A stretch of 64,000 bases of DNA from Candidatus Omnitrophota bacterium (GTDB taxonomy: Bacteria > Omnitrophota > Gorgyraeia > Zapsychrales > JANLHA01): contig JAKLFA010000001.1 of NCBI GenBank assembly GCA_022711395.1, positions 515,277 through 579,276 of the forward strand, given 5' to 3'. The position numbers were made by a program, and so were the translations under genes. Within the stretch, counting starts at the first letter, position 1; every line of letters begins with the position of its first letter. This document shows, in pieces, positions 21,051-31,281 of the stretch. The notes below the pieces were generated by a model. The model ran no database searches, was not told the origin of the DNA, and worked only from the letters and a program-made list of their open reading frames with translations.

Positions 21051-21798
21051 ACTCAAATTGGATGTCTTTGAAGGTCCGTTGGACCTTTTGCTGTACTTGA
21101 TCAAAAAGAACGACTTGGATATCTGTGACATTCCGATCGCTCAGGTCACTGACCAATACCTTGAATATATCGAAATGATGAAAATGCTGGACCTTGAGAT
21201 CGTCGGCGATTTTTTGGTGATGGCCGCGACCTTGATTCAGATCAAGTCCCGCATGCTTCTGCCTCCGGATCCCGGCCAGCAAGAGGAACAGGAGCAGGAA
21301 GATCCCCGTGATGAACTTGTCCGTCGCTTGCAGGAATATAAGGTCTTTAAAGAGATCGCTGAGCAGCTTAAATTGAAGGAACAGGAACGGCAGAAGCTCT
21401 TTCCGCGTAAGGCTGACCAGGAATTCGCTCAGGAGCTCAAGGATGACGCGAAGGAAGTCGTTTTTGAGGCGAACCTTTTCGATCTGATTAATGCCTTTTC
21501 TAAAGCCCTGGAACGGTTCAAAGAGGATTCCGTCTATGAGGTGCAGAAAGAGGAATATACCGTCGAAGATAAGATCCACCACATCCTGCATTCCCTTTTG
21601 AAACGCCCGCATGTCGTTCTGACGGACCTTTTTATTGAATCAAAAAATAAGATGGAAGTGATCGTGTCGTTCATGGCCGTGCTGGAGTTGATCCGTTTGA
21701 AGGAGATCAAGGTCATTCAAAAACGCTTGTTTTCAGAGATCGAGATCGTTCGTAATACGGACAATGTCCTTCCGCCAGAAGATCATGAACAACAGTAA
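21040..21798 (+). CDS. scpA: Segregation and condensation protein A ScpA
   Basis: N-terminal FEGPLDLLLYLIKKNDLDI signature. ATG 21040 overlaps the trpS stop. Confidence 0.85.
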   Translation: MSYKLKLDVFEGPLDLLLYLIKKNDLDICDIPIAQVTDQYLEYIEMMKMLDLEIVGDFLVMAATLIQIKSRMLLPPDPGQQEEQEQEDPRDELVRRLQEYKVFKEIAEQLKLKEQERQKLFPRKADQEFAQELKDDAKEVVFEANLFDLINAFSKALERFKEDSVYEVQKEEYTVEDKIHHILHSLLKRPHVVLTDLFIESKNKMEVIVSFMAVLELIRLKEIKVIQKRLFSEIEIVRNTDNVLPPEDHEQQ

Positions 21799-21816
21799 GC
21801 GCCCGATTTTTATGCC

Positions 21817-22848
21817 ATGAGCTTAGAAGAGCGAAAAAAACTTGTCCTCAATAACGAGACGGAAGAAGATCAGGTCTTAAGCCTTTCTCTGCGTCCGTCC
21901 AGTTTGAACGAGTTCATCGGTCAGAAGGATCTCGTTGAGAATTTGAAGGTCGCGATCCAGGCAGCAAAACATCGTGGGGAGCCTCTGGAACACATGTTGT
22001 TTTCCGGTCCTCCAGGCCTGGGGAAGACATCCCTTTCGTATATTATTGCGCATGAGATGGGCGCGCGTATCACGATCACCTCCGGTCCGGCGATCGAAAG
22101 GGCGGGGGACCTGATCGGGATCCTGACCAATATGGAACAGGGAGATGTTTTGTTCATTGACGAGATCCATCGTCTTTCGAAAGTTGTCGAAGAGTTCCTT
22201 TATCCGGCGATGGAAAATTTCAAGATCGATTTTGTTGTCGACAAGGGCCCGTATGCCCGCACGATCAATTTTAATTTAAAACCCTTCACGATCATTGGGG
22301 CCACGACCCGCAGCGGTCTTTTGGCCTCACCGCTTCGTGACCGGTTCGGTATTTTTCACCATCTTGATTTTTATGAGGAAAGGGACCTGGCTGAGATCAT
22401 CAGAAGGTCGGCGGTGAAACTTAGCCTCAACATTGCGCCGGATGCATCTGAGATGATTGCTCGTCGGGCCCGTGGGACCCCGCGTGTCGCCAATCGTCTG
22501 CTGAGACGCGTGAGGGATTTTGCCCAGGTCAAAACAAAAAGCAGCAACATCGGGGTCGAGATTGTCCTTCAGGCGATGGAGTCCTTGGGGATCGATGACT
22601 TGGGGCTTGATGATTCTGATCGCAGATTGCTGAAGGTGGTCGCGGAATATTACGGCGGAGGGCCGGTTGGGATCGAAGCTCTTGCCGCGACCCTGAACGA
22701 GGAAGTCGACACCCTTGTGGATGTCGTTGAGCCTTACCTTCTGAAGTCCGGACTTTTGAAACGCACCTCGAGGGGGCGCGAATTGACCAAAACGGGAGCG
22801 GCGCATATCCAGTTTTCCGGTGATCAAAAGCAGCAAAAGTTATTTTAA
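21817..22848 (+). CDS. ruvB: Holliday junction branch migration helicase RuvB
   Basis: AAA+ Walker A GPPGLGKTS, Walker B LFIDEIHRL, sensor motifs. No ruvA adjacent. Confidence 0.95.
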   Translation: MSLEERKKLVLNNETEEDQVLSLSLRPSSLNEFIGQKDLVENLKVAIQAAKHRGEPLEHMLFSGPPGLGKTSLSYIIAHEMGARITITSGPAIERAGDLIGILTNMEQGDVLFIDEIHRLSKVVEEFLYPAMENFKIDFVVDKGPYARTINFNLKPFTIIGATTRSGLLASPLRDRFGIFHHLDFYEERDLAEIIRRSAVKLSLNIAPDASEMIARRARGTPRVANRLLRRVRDFAQVKTKSSNIGVEIVLQAMESLGIDDLGLDDSDRRLLKVVAEYYGGGPVGIEALAATLNEEVDTLVDVVEPYLLKSGLLKRTSRGRELTKTGAAHIQFSGDQKQQKLF

Positions 22849-22851
22849 TAT

Positions 22852-22906
22852 CCGTATCGATGGGCTGCGTTGGAAAATTGACGGGCTCATGAGATACGGT
22901 TTTTTA
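22852..22906 (+). terminator. Possible intrinsic terminator (long-loop hairpin plus U-tract)
   Basis: CCGTATC...GATACGG stem enclosing a structured loop, followed by TTTTTTAT. Confidence 0.35.
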
Positions 22907-22916
22907 TGAGGACCGA

Positions 22917-23125
22917 ATGCCTGAAGTTGGAAAACTCTTGATAGTGATCGGTTTGGTTCTTGTCTTGGTTGGTATCCTTTTTACCCTATCTCCGAGGCTG
23001 CCATGGCTCGGGCGCTTGCCGGGAGACCTGATCATAAAACGGGACGACCTTGTTATTTATGTTCCGGTCGTGACATGTATTATTTTGAGCCTGCTGTTGA
23101 GCATCCTTACGGGTTTTTTAAAACG

Positions 23126-23129
<4 letters not shown>
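22917..23129 (+). CDS. Small membrane protein, DUF2905-like
   Basis: 70 aa with two TM helices flanking LPGDLIIKRDD. Translationally coupled to queA (ATGA overlap). Confidence 0.6.
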
Positions 23130-25283
<2,154 letters not shown>

Positions 25284-25301
25284 GCGCTGAGAGGTGAGGC
25301 G

Positions 25302-25979
25302 ATGGTCCGGTTTGATATTATTACGATATTTCCCGGAATGTTTTCAAATGTGCTCAATGAATCGATCTTGAAACGGGCGCAAGAACAACGTAAGGTCGAT
25401 ATCCGGGTCCATGACCTGCGTAAGTTCGCCGCCGGAAAATACCGTCAGGTCGATGACCGCCCCTTTGGCGGTGGGCCGGGCATGGTCATGATGCCGGAGC
25501 CATTATTTAAAGCTGTCAAAGCAGTGAAGGGGCGGCGTAAGGCGAAGGTTCTTTTGATGTGCGCTGCCGGCAAGCCGTTCACTCAGACCGTGGCTAAACA
25601 ATTGGCGAAGGAAAAGAATATCATCCTGATCTGCGGACATTATGAAGGAGTGGATGAGCGAGTGCGGCAGGCGTTGGTGGATGAAAGCATTTCGGTCGGT
25701 GATTATGTCCTGACCGGAGGGGAGCTTCCCGCCATGATCGTGGTGGATGCCGTAAGCCGTTTGCTTCCCGGTGTTCTGGGAAAGCAGCAGTCCATTGAAT
25801 CGGAATCATTTGAAGACGGCCTTTTGGAATATCCGCAGTATACACGGCCGGCGGATTTCAAAGGGATGAAAGTGCCGGAGGTCCTGCTGTCCGGTAATCA
25901 CCGGCAGATCAACGGCTGGCGGCAGGAGGAATCCTTGAGGCGAACGCAGAAAGTCCGGCCTGATTTATTGCGGAAATGA
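25302..25979 (+). CDS. trmD: tRNA (guanine37-N1)-methyltransferase TrmD
   Basis: SPOUT knot signature ([11 protein letters not shown]; [10 protein letters not shown]; [18 protein letters not shown]). Confidence 0.95.
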   Translation: MVRFDIITIFPGMFSNVLNESILKRAQEQRKVDIRVHDLRKFAAGKYRQVDDRPFGGGPGMVMMPEPLFKAVKAVKGRRKAKVLLMCAAGKPFTQTVAKQLAKEKNIILICGHYEGVDERVRQALVDESISVGDYVLTGGELPAMIVVDAVSRLLPGVLGKQQSIESESFEDGLLEYPQYTRPADFKGMKVPEVLLSGNHRQINGWRQEESLRRTQKVRPDLLRK

Positions 25980-25990
25980 AGTTTTTTCAT

Positions 25991-26019
25991 TTGACAGAAT
26001 ATTGATTTTACGCTAAACT
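25991..26019 (+). promoter_or_regulatory. Putative sigma70 promoter for rplS (TTGACA-17nt-TAAACT)
   Basis: Consensus -35 with 17-nt spacing in the trmD-rplS spacer. Followed by a 5'UTR containing the perfect palindrome CCACACACTCGTGTGG. Confidence 0.45.
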
Positions 26020-26080
26020 TTGTTTTCATTATTAAGATTAAATGTATAATATCCACACACTCGTGTGGCGGGAGGCTGGT

Positions 26081-26443
26081 ATGGGAAGTTCAACAGACAA
26101 ATTAAACATGATATGCGGAAGGCAATTGCGTTCTGATCTGCCTAAGCTTGCGGTCGGGGACACCATTAAGATGAAAATCCGTGTCCAGGAGGCAGACAAG
26201 GTCCGTGTTCATCCTTATGAAGGCACTGTGATTCGAAAGACCGGCGGCGGTGTGAGTTCGACGTTCACGATACGGAAAATTTCTTTTGGGGAAGGCGTGG
26301 AGCGCACATTCCCGACTCATTCACCGATCATTGAAAGCATTCAGGTTGTCTCGAAGGGGCAGGCGCACCGGGCCCGGTTGTATTATTTGCGGGGCAGGGT
26401 CGGCAAGAAGGCGCGCGTCAAGAAGCAGCTCACCGAGGCGTAA
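26081..26443 (+). CDS. rplS: 50S ribosomal protein L19
   Basis: L19 signature (GDTIKMKIRVQEADKVRVHPYEGTVI...FTIRKISFGEGVERTFPTHSP), 120 aa. GGGAGG RBS before ATG 26081. Confidence 0.9.
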   Translation: MGSSTDKLNMICGRQLRSDLPKLAVGDTIKMKIRVQEADKVRVHPYEGTVIRKTGGGVSSTFTIRKISFGEGVERTFPTHSPIIESIQVVSKGQAHRARLYYLRGRVGKKARVKKQLTEA

Positions 26444-26472
26444 TAGTTGTTTTTCATCAGAGAATGATCTTA

Positions 26473-26505
26473 AAGCCGGGTAAAAAGCCCGGCTTTCTTT
26501 TTTTT
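26473..26505 (+). terminator. Rho-independent terminator after rplS
   Basis: AAGCCGGG-taaaa-AGCCCGGCTT hairpin plus a T9 tract. Argues that rnhB starts at 26506, not 26464. Confidence 0.8.
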
Positions 26506-27174
26506 ATGATCGACACTTTAAAATATGAAAAGACCGCCCGTTCCAATGGGCATGACCTGGTCATCGGGATCGATGAGGCCGGACGGGGACCGTTGGCCGG
26601 CCCGGTTGTGGCAGCGGCGGTCGCATTGAAAGACGCTCATTTTGACCTGGTTATCCGTGATTCGAAGAAAATGTCTGAGCGTCAGCGGGAACGGGCCTAT
26701 GAACAGATCTTTCAAAAGGCCTATGTCGGCATCGGCATCATGAACGAGGCGGTGATCGATGAAAAGAACATCCTGGAGGCGACGTTCCTTGCTATGAACG
26801 GCGCCGTCCGCCAGATGTTCGATTTTTATCAGGATCAGCTGCAAGATTTTTCGCGTGAGCCGAAGCGGGTGTGCCTTTTGATTGATGGCAACCAGTTCAA
26901 GCCGGAATTCGCTTATCCCTATGTTACGATCGTCAACGGTGATTCGTTAAGTTTGTCTATCTCTTGCGCTTCGATCATCGCCAAGGTGACGCGGGACCGT
27001 ATTCTGAAGATCTACGATCATATTTTTCCTCAATATGGTTTTATTCAGCACAAAGGTTATCCGACGGCATCTCACCGCGAAGCGCTGGAGCGGTTTGGGA
27101 TTTCCCCTATTCATCGTCGGAGTTACAGCACAGTGCAAAAAATCCCTCATCCCTTTAAAAAGATCCATGCGTGA
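26506..27174 (+). CDS. rnhB: Ribonuclease HII
   Basis: GIDEAGRGPLAGPVVAAAV catalytic DEDD N-terminus. ATG 26506 lies downstream of the terminator. Confidence 0.9.
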   Translation: MIDTLKYEKTARSNGHDLVIGIDEAGRGPLAGPVVAAAVALKDAHFDLVIRDSKKMSERQRERAYEQIFQKAYVGIGIMNEAVIDEKNILEATFLAMNGAVRQMFDFYQDQLQDFSREPKRVCLLIDGNQFKPEFAYPYVTIVNGDSLSLSISCASIIAKVTRDRILKIYDHIFPQYGFIQHKGYPTASHREALERFGISPIHRRSYSTVQKIPHPFKKIHA

Positions 27175-27526
27175 TCATCGAAAGAGCCTGGGGACTGCCG
27201 GGGAGGACGCTGCCGTTGAGCATCTTTGCCGGCAGGGTTACCGGATCCTGAAAAGGAATTTCAAATTGTCTTTTGGGGAGATCGACATTGTGGCGGCCCG
27301 GGACGGATGCGTATGCTTTGTTGAGGTCAAGACGCGGGAGAACGATTTTTACAGTGATCCGTTCGAAGCGGTTCATGAGAAGAAGCAGAATACGATCCGG
27401 AAGATGGCCGAATGCTTCCTGGAGTTCAAGGGCTTGGAAGATGTCGATGTGCGATTTGATGTGGTCACGGTCATTGGAAGGGGGCCTTCTGATTTTGTGA
27501 TCGAGCATTTGGAAGATGCCTTTTAA
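27167..27526 (+). CDS. yraN: YraN-family (UPF0102) endonuclease
   Basis: GEDAAVEHLCRQGYRIL...GEIDIVA...VCFVEVKTR signature, 119 aa. Overlaps rnhB by 8 nt. Confidence 0.8.
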   Translation: MRDHRKSLGTAGEDAAVEHLCRQGYRILKRNFKLSFGEIDIVAARDGCVCFVEVKTRENDFYSDPFEAVHEKKQNTIRKMAECFLEFKGLEDVDVRFDVVTVIGRGPSDFVIEHLEDAF

Positions 27527-27655
27527 ACATAATTATTTAATATTAATATTTATACAATTCGTTGAAATTCAAAATGATTTGATATAAGATGATTACATCA
27601 TTGAACAGTTTTTCAGTGCAATCCATCCTGTCGAAATAGCCTATAGGGTTTCAAG

Positions 27656-28141
27656 GTGAAAAAATTAAAGAATCACACGCTGAAGGAATATTTGGATGTT
27701 TTGGCGAAAAAGGAGCCGATCCCCGGTGGAGGATCTGTCGCTGCGCTGGCCGCTGCGTTGGCCGCGGGGTTGATGTCGATGGTGGCCCGGTATTCGTTGG
27801 GGAAGACTCCCATAAAAAGGACTGAGCGTAAGATTGAGACGGTTTTGGACAGAACGGAAAATTTGAGAGAACGCCTTTTGGAACTGGTCGATCTGGACGC
27901 GATGGCGTATATGAAAGTCGTCCGTAGCCGCGGGCAAAGCCCGGCTTTGAAGAAGAAGGCTAAGAGCGAGGCCCGTTCGGTCCCGCGGGAAGTGAGCCGT
28001 ATTTCCTACCAACTTTTGGAGTTGGCCCCGGTCTTGGCCTCTCATGGAAACAAATATCTCATAAGCGATGTTGAAGTGGCGGTTGAATTGTTGTTCGCGG
28101 CCTATAAATCCGCCATGATCAACGTTAACGTAAATCAATAA
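27656..28141 (+). CDS. Cyclodeaminase/cyclohydrolase-family protein (FtcD C-terminal / FchA-like)
   Basis: Hallmark PIPGGGSVAALAAALAAGLMSMV all-alpha folate-binding motif. GTG start. Stop overlaps folD (TAATG). Confidence 0.75.
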   Translation: MKKLKNHTLKEYLDVLAKKEPIPGGGSVAALAAALAAGLMSMVARYSLGKTPIKRTERKIETVLDRTENLRERLLELVDLDAMAYMKVVRSRGQSPALKKKAKSEARSVPREVSRISYQLLELAPVLASHGNKYLISDVEVAVELLFAAYKSAMINVNVNQ

Positions 28142-29019
28142 TGAGGTTGTGCTTGATGTTTGCTGAAGTTTTAGATGGGCGACTTTTAGCCGAACAGATC
28201 CGGGAACATCTTAAAAAAGAGGTCGCTGAACTCCAAAGCCGGACGGGAGCGGCCCCGCATGTGGTGAACATCGTTCTGGGAGGAGACCCCGGTTCTGAAT
28301 TTTACGCGAAGTCCCAGGCTAAGGCCGCCGAAGATGTGGGGATTTCCTATGAACGGATCAAGCTGGACCCCGCTCTGCCGGAAGAAAAATTTTTGGAACT
28401 TGTCCATCGGTTAAACGCGGATAAAAGGGTTACAGGGATCATTATCAATAAACCCTTGCCACCCCAAATCAGCGAGCAGAAAGTCGCTAATTCGCTCGAT
28501 CTTTACAAGGATATTGAGGGCTTGAATGCCGCTAATATCGGCAATGTTGTTCTGGGTAAATCAAAATTGATCCCCTGCACGGCGGCTGCGGTCATGGAAC
28601 ATGTAAGGGCCTCCGGCATTGACCTTCGCGGCAAGGAGGTCGTGGTGGTGGGGGCGAGCGCGATCGTTGGAAAGCCGTTGGCGCTTTTGTTCGTTCAACA
28701 TTACGCAACGGTGACGCTTTGTCACATCGGCACGTCTGAAGCCGGGCGTTTGAAGGACCATGTATCCAGGGCTGATGTTTTGGTCGTCGCGGTTGGAAGG
28801 CCCCATCTGATCACCGGAGATATGGTCAAAGAGGGGGCGGTTGTGATTGATGTCGGGATCAACAAGAAAGACAATAAGATCGTTGGAGATGTCGATTATG
28901 AGAGCGTGTCCCGGCGTGCTTCCAAGATCAGTCCTGTGCCGGGCGGAGTCGGGCCTGTGACCGTGATGATGTTGATGAGAAACGCCGTTTTGGCATACCG
29001 TTTGCAAAGAGAAGTTTAA
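28141..29019 (+). CDS. folD: Bifunctional methylenetetrahydrofolate dehydrogenase/methenyl-THF cyclohydrolase FolD
   Basis: DVDGL-type motifs (YKDIEGLNAAN, PCTAAAVME, VVVVGASAIVGKP, GGVGPVTVMML). The alternative start ATG 28156 (MFAEVLDGRL) is equally plausible. Confidence 0.9.
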   Translation: MRLCLMFAEVLDGRLLAEQIREHLKKEVAELQSRTGAAPHVVNIVLGGDPGSEFYAKSQAKAAEDVGISYERIKLDPALPEEKFLELVHRLNADKRVTGIIINKPLPPQISEQKVANSLDLYKDIEGLNAANIGNVVLGKSKLIPCTAAAVMEHVRASGIDLRGKEVVVVGASAIVGKPLALLFVQHYATVTLCHIGTSEAGRLKDHVSRADVLVVAVGRPHLITGDMVKEGAVVIDVGINKKDNKIVGDVDYESVSRRASKISPVPGGVGPVTVMMLMRNAVLAYRLQREV

Positions 29020-29037
29020 GTAAGAAAGGAATAATGC

Positions 29038-30321
29038 GTGAGCCGTTGTGTTGTGATCGGACATTCTATTTACGCGGTTAAGGCCCTTGAGCAGCTGCGC
29101 TCGGAGTTTCCTGAGATGGAACTTGTCATTTGCGCCCAGGAGCCGGGGCTTCCATATGATCGTAATCGTTTTGTTGAAGTGCTTGCCAAGCGGATTGAAC
29201 GCCATGAGATCTATTACCGTTCCGAGGATTTTTATCGTAATCTGAGGATCCAGTTTGTGACCGATCAAAAGGTTGGGCGGATCCATTTCAAAAGAAAATA
29301 CATAACTTTTGAGGATAACACGAAGTTGGATTTTGATCGCCTGATCATTGCCAATTGGGAAAAGGATGACTGGCCGGAGCTTAAGGGGCTTACCAAGCGC
29401 GGAGTTTTTTCGCTGCGCACCATTGAGCAGCTCGATGAGTTTCTTAAAATGTCAAGCCAGCTTGACACGGTTGCGGTCCAGACCAACACGCTTAGAGGGG
29501 TCCGGATCGCTCAGGCGTTGGCCTTGCGTACAAAGGATGTCGTGCTTTCTGTTTCCGGAGATCGCCTGTTGTCAGGCGTCATTTCTGAAGAGGCGTCGCG
29601 TTGGCTGGATCAACTGCTCCGGCAAATGGGTATCAGGATCCTTTATCAGTGTTCGGTCACAGAAGTGTTAGGGGAGAATGATGTGCGTGCGGTGCGTTTG
29701 GCGATCGGCAAGGTCATTGGATGCGAGGCGGTCGTATTCGCTGATGTGGGGCCGGACTGCCGTTTTTTTGAACGGTTTGATCTGCGCTGCGATCCTTTTA
29801 TCAGCGTGAATGAAATGATGCAGGCTTCCGAGACGGATGTCTTTGCGTTAGATCAAATGGTGCGGCCTTCAGGGCATCCGTCGGAATTTTCCGGAGAGGA
29901 TGAAGCATTGTTAAACTGGCAGGTCAGGGCACTTATGGCAGGGTTTTTAAAGCGTGATGGCGAAGGTCCGGTGAGTGTTTGTGATGCGCTTTTTGATATC
30001 GGGTCGCATCATATTTCGATATGGGGCCGGGGGCGGAGCAGTGAAAATGGATTTGAATATAGGCGTATGATATCTGAAAATGCCGGTTGTATCCTGGCGT
30101 TGGACGAAAACATGATGGTCGACTCCGTGATGACCGTTGATGTGGATGACCGCAAAGCAGTTCTGCCTGTTGATGATTTTTCTATCTCCTTGTCAGAACA
30201 GGCTTTAGCGGAATATAGTCAGGTCTTCCGGCAGGATAGTCCGGCCGTAGAAACGCCTGTTGAGGATGTTCCGGCCGATCTGAACAGCAAAGAAGAACTG
30301 TCTAAGCAAGACGTGTTCTAA
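29038..30321 (+). CDS. Pyridine nucleotide-disulfide oxidoreductase-like protein with a degenerate (glycine-less) dinucleotide-binding motif
   Basis: Architecture matches the NADH-oxidase/CoA-disulfide-reductase family, but the first Rossmann motif reads VVIGHSIYAVKA instead of GxGxxG. GTG start 7 nt after AAAGGA. Confidence 0.6.
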   Translation: MSRCVVIGHSIYAVKALEQLRSEFPEMELVICAQEPGLPYDRNRFVEVLAKRIERHEIYYRSEDFYRNLRIQFVTDQKVGRIHFKRKYITFEDNTKLDFDRLIIANWEKDDWPELKGLTKRGVFSLRTIEQLDEFLKMSSQLDTVAVQTNTLRGVRIAQALALRTKDVVLSVSGDRLLSGVISEEASRWLDQLLRQMGIRILYQCSVTEVLGENDVRAVRLAIGKVIGCEAVVFADVGPDCRFFERFDLRCDPFISVNEMMQASETDVFALDQMVRPSGHPSEFSGEDEALLNWQVRALMAGFLKRDGEGPVSVCDALFDIGSHHISIWGRGRSSENGFEYRRMISENAGCILALDENMMVDSVMTVDVDDRKAVLPVDDFSISLSEQALAEYSQVFRQDSPAVETPVEDVPADLNSKEELSKQDVF

Positions 30322-30376
30322 ATTTTGAATTTTGGACGGTTTAAGATAAGAAATTTCACTTGAAAAAAAACAAATT

Positions 30377-31216
30377 ATGTATTATTCTTATCTAAAATTA
30401 GGTGTTTTAAAGACATTTCAAATAGCGTGTGTTGCCTTTCTTATCATATCTATAACTCCCTGCACAGGATTTTCTGATAATTTAAAAGAAAACCGTTCCG
30501 TTGAGGCAGAAAAATACCGGGTGTTGGGGTATCAGGCTCAGCAAAAGGGAAATATGGATGAGGCTTTAACGTTTTATTCTAAAGCCGTGGAATTGGGTTT
30601 TAGCAGCCCGGTCTTGTTTAATGATATTGGCGTGGTTTATGAGCAGTTAGGGTTGGCGGATCCTGCGGAACAATTTTATTTAAAGGCTATTCAGGCGGAT
30701 CAGAAGTATTTGCCCCCATACACGAATTTGGCTTATTTATATAAGTCTTTGGAGCGCACATCAGAGGCGATTTATTATTTTCAGCAGCGCATTGAACGGG
30801 CCTCTGAGGATGATCCGTGGCTTCCCCGTTTGATCGCGGAGTTGCAAAAGATCGACCCGAATTATAAGCAGAAGGTGGTCATCAAGCAGTTGGATCAGAT
30901 GCATACGCAGATCGAGGAAGAAAAGAGAGAACAGCTGGAACTTGAAATAGGGCGCGTTAAGAAGCATATGGACCAAGCCGAGGTCTTTTGGAGCGAAGGC
31001 CGTTTTGAGGAGGCACTGCAAGAGTTGAAGAACGCCGAGCGGCTCTCGCCTGAAAACCCGCAAGTTTTGGAACTGCTTAAAAAAGTGGCGAACGCCCAAT
31101 TGGCGGTTGACGTTGATCAGCGGGCTCAAAAGGCCTTAGGGATGATCAAGGCAGGAGATCTAGAATCAGCGCGACAGGAGTATCAGAACATACTCGCCGT
31201 TATTCCGGACAAATGA
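30377..31216 (+). CDS. Secreted TPR-repeat protein
   Basis: N-terminal signal peptide. Several 34-aa TPR-like repeats (ALTFYSKAVELG, AEQFYLKAIQAD, AIYYFQQRIERA). Confidence 0.75.
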   Translation: MYYSYLKLGVLKTFQIACVAFLIISITPCTGFSDNLKENRSVEAEKYRVLGYQAQQKGNMDEALTFYSKAVELGFSSPVLFNDIGVVYEQLGLADPAEQFYLKAIQADQKYLPPYTNLAYLYKSLERTSEAIYYFQQRIERASEDDPWLPRLIAELQKIDPNYKQKVVIKQLDQMHTQIEEEKREQLELEIGRVKKHMDQAEVFWSEGRFEEALQELKNAERLSPENPQVLELLKKVANAQLAVDVDQRAQKALGMIKAGDLESARQEYQNILAVIPDK

Positions 31217-31281
31217 TCTTAGTCCAGATTCCGATGATAGAGACGAATGTGCAGTAAGGAAAGAAATAAGAGTTTGTGATC

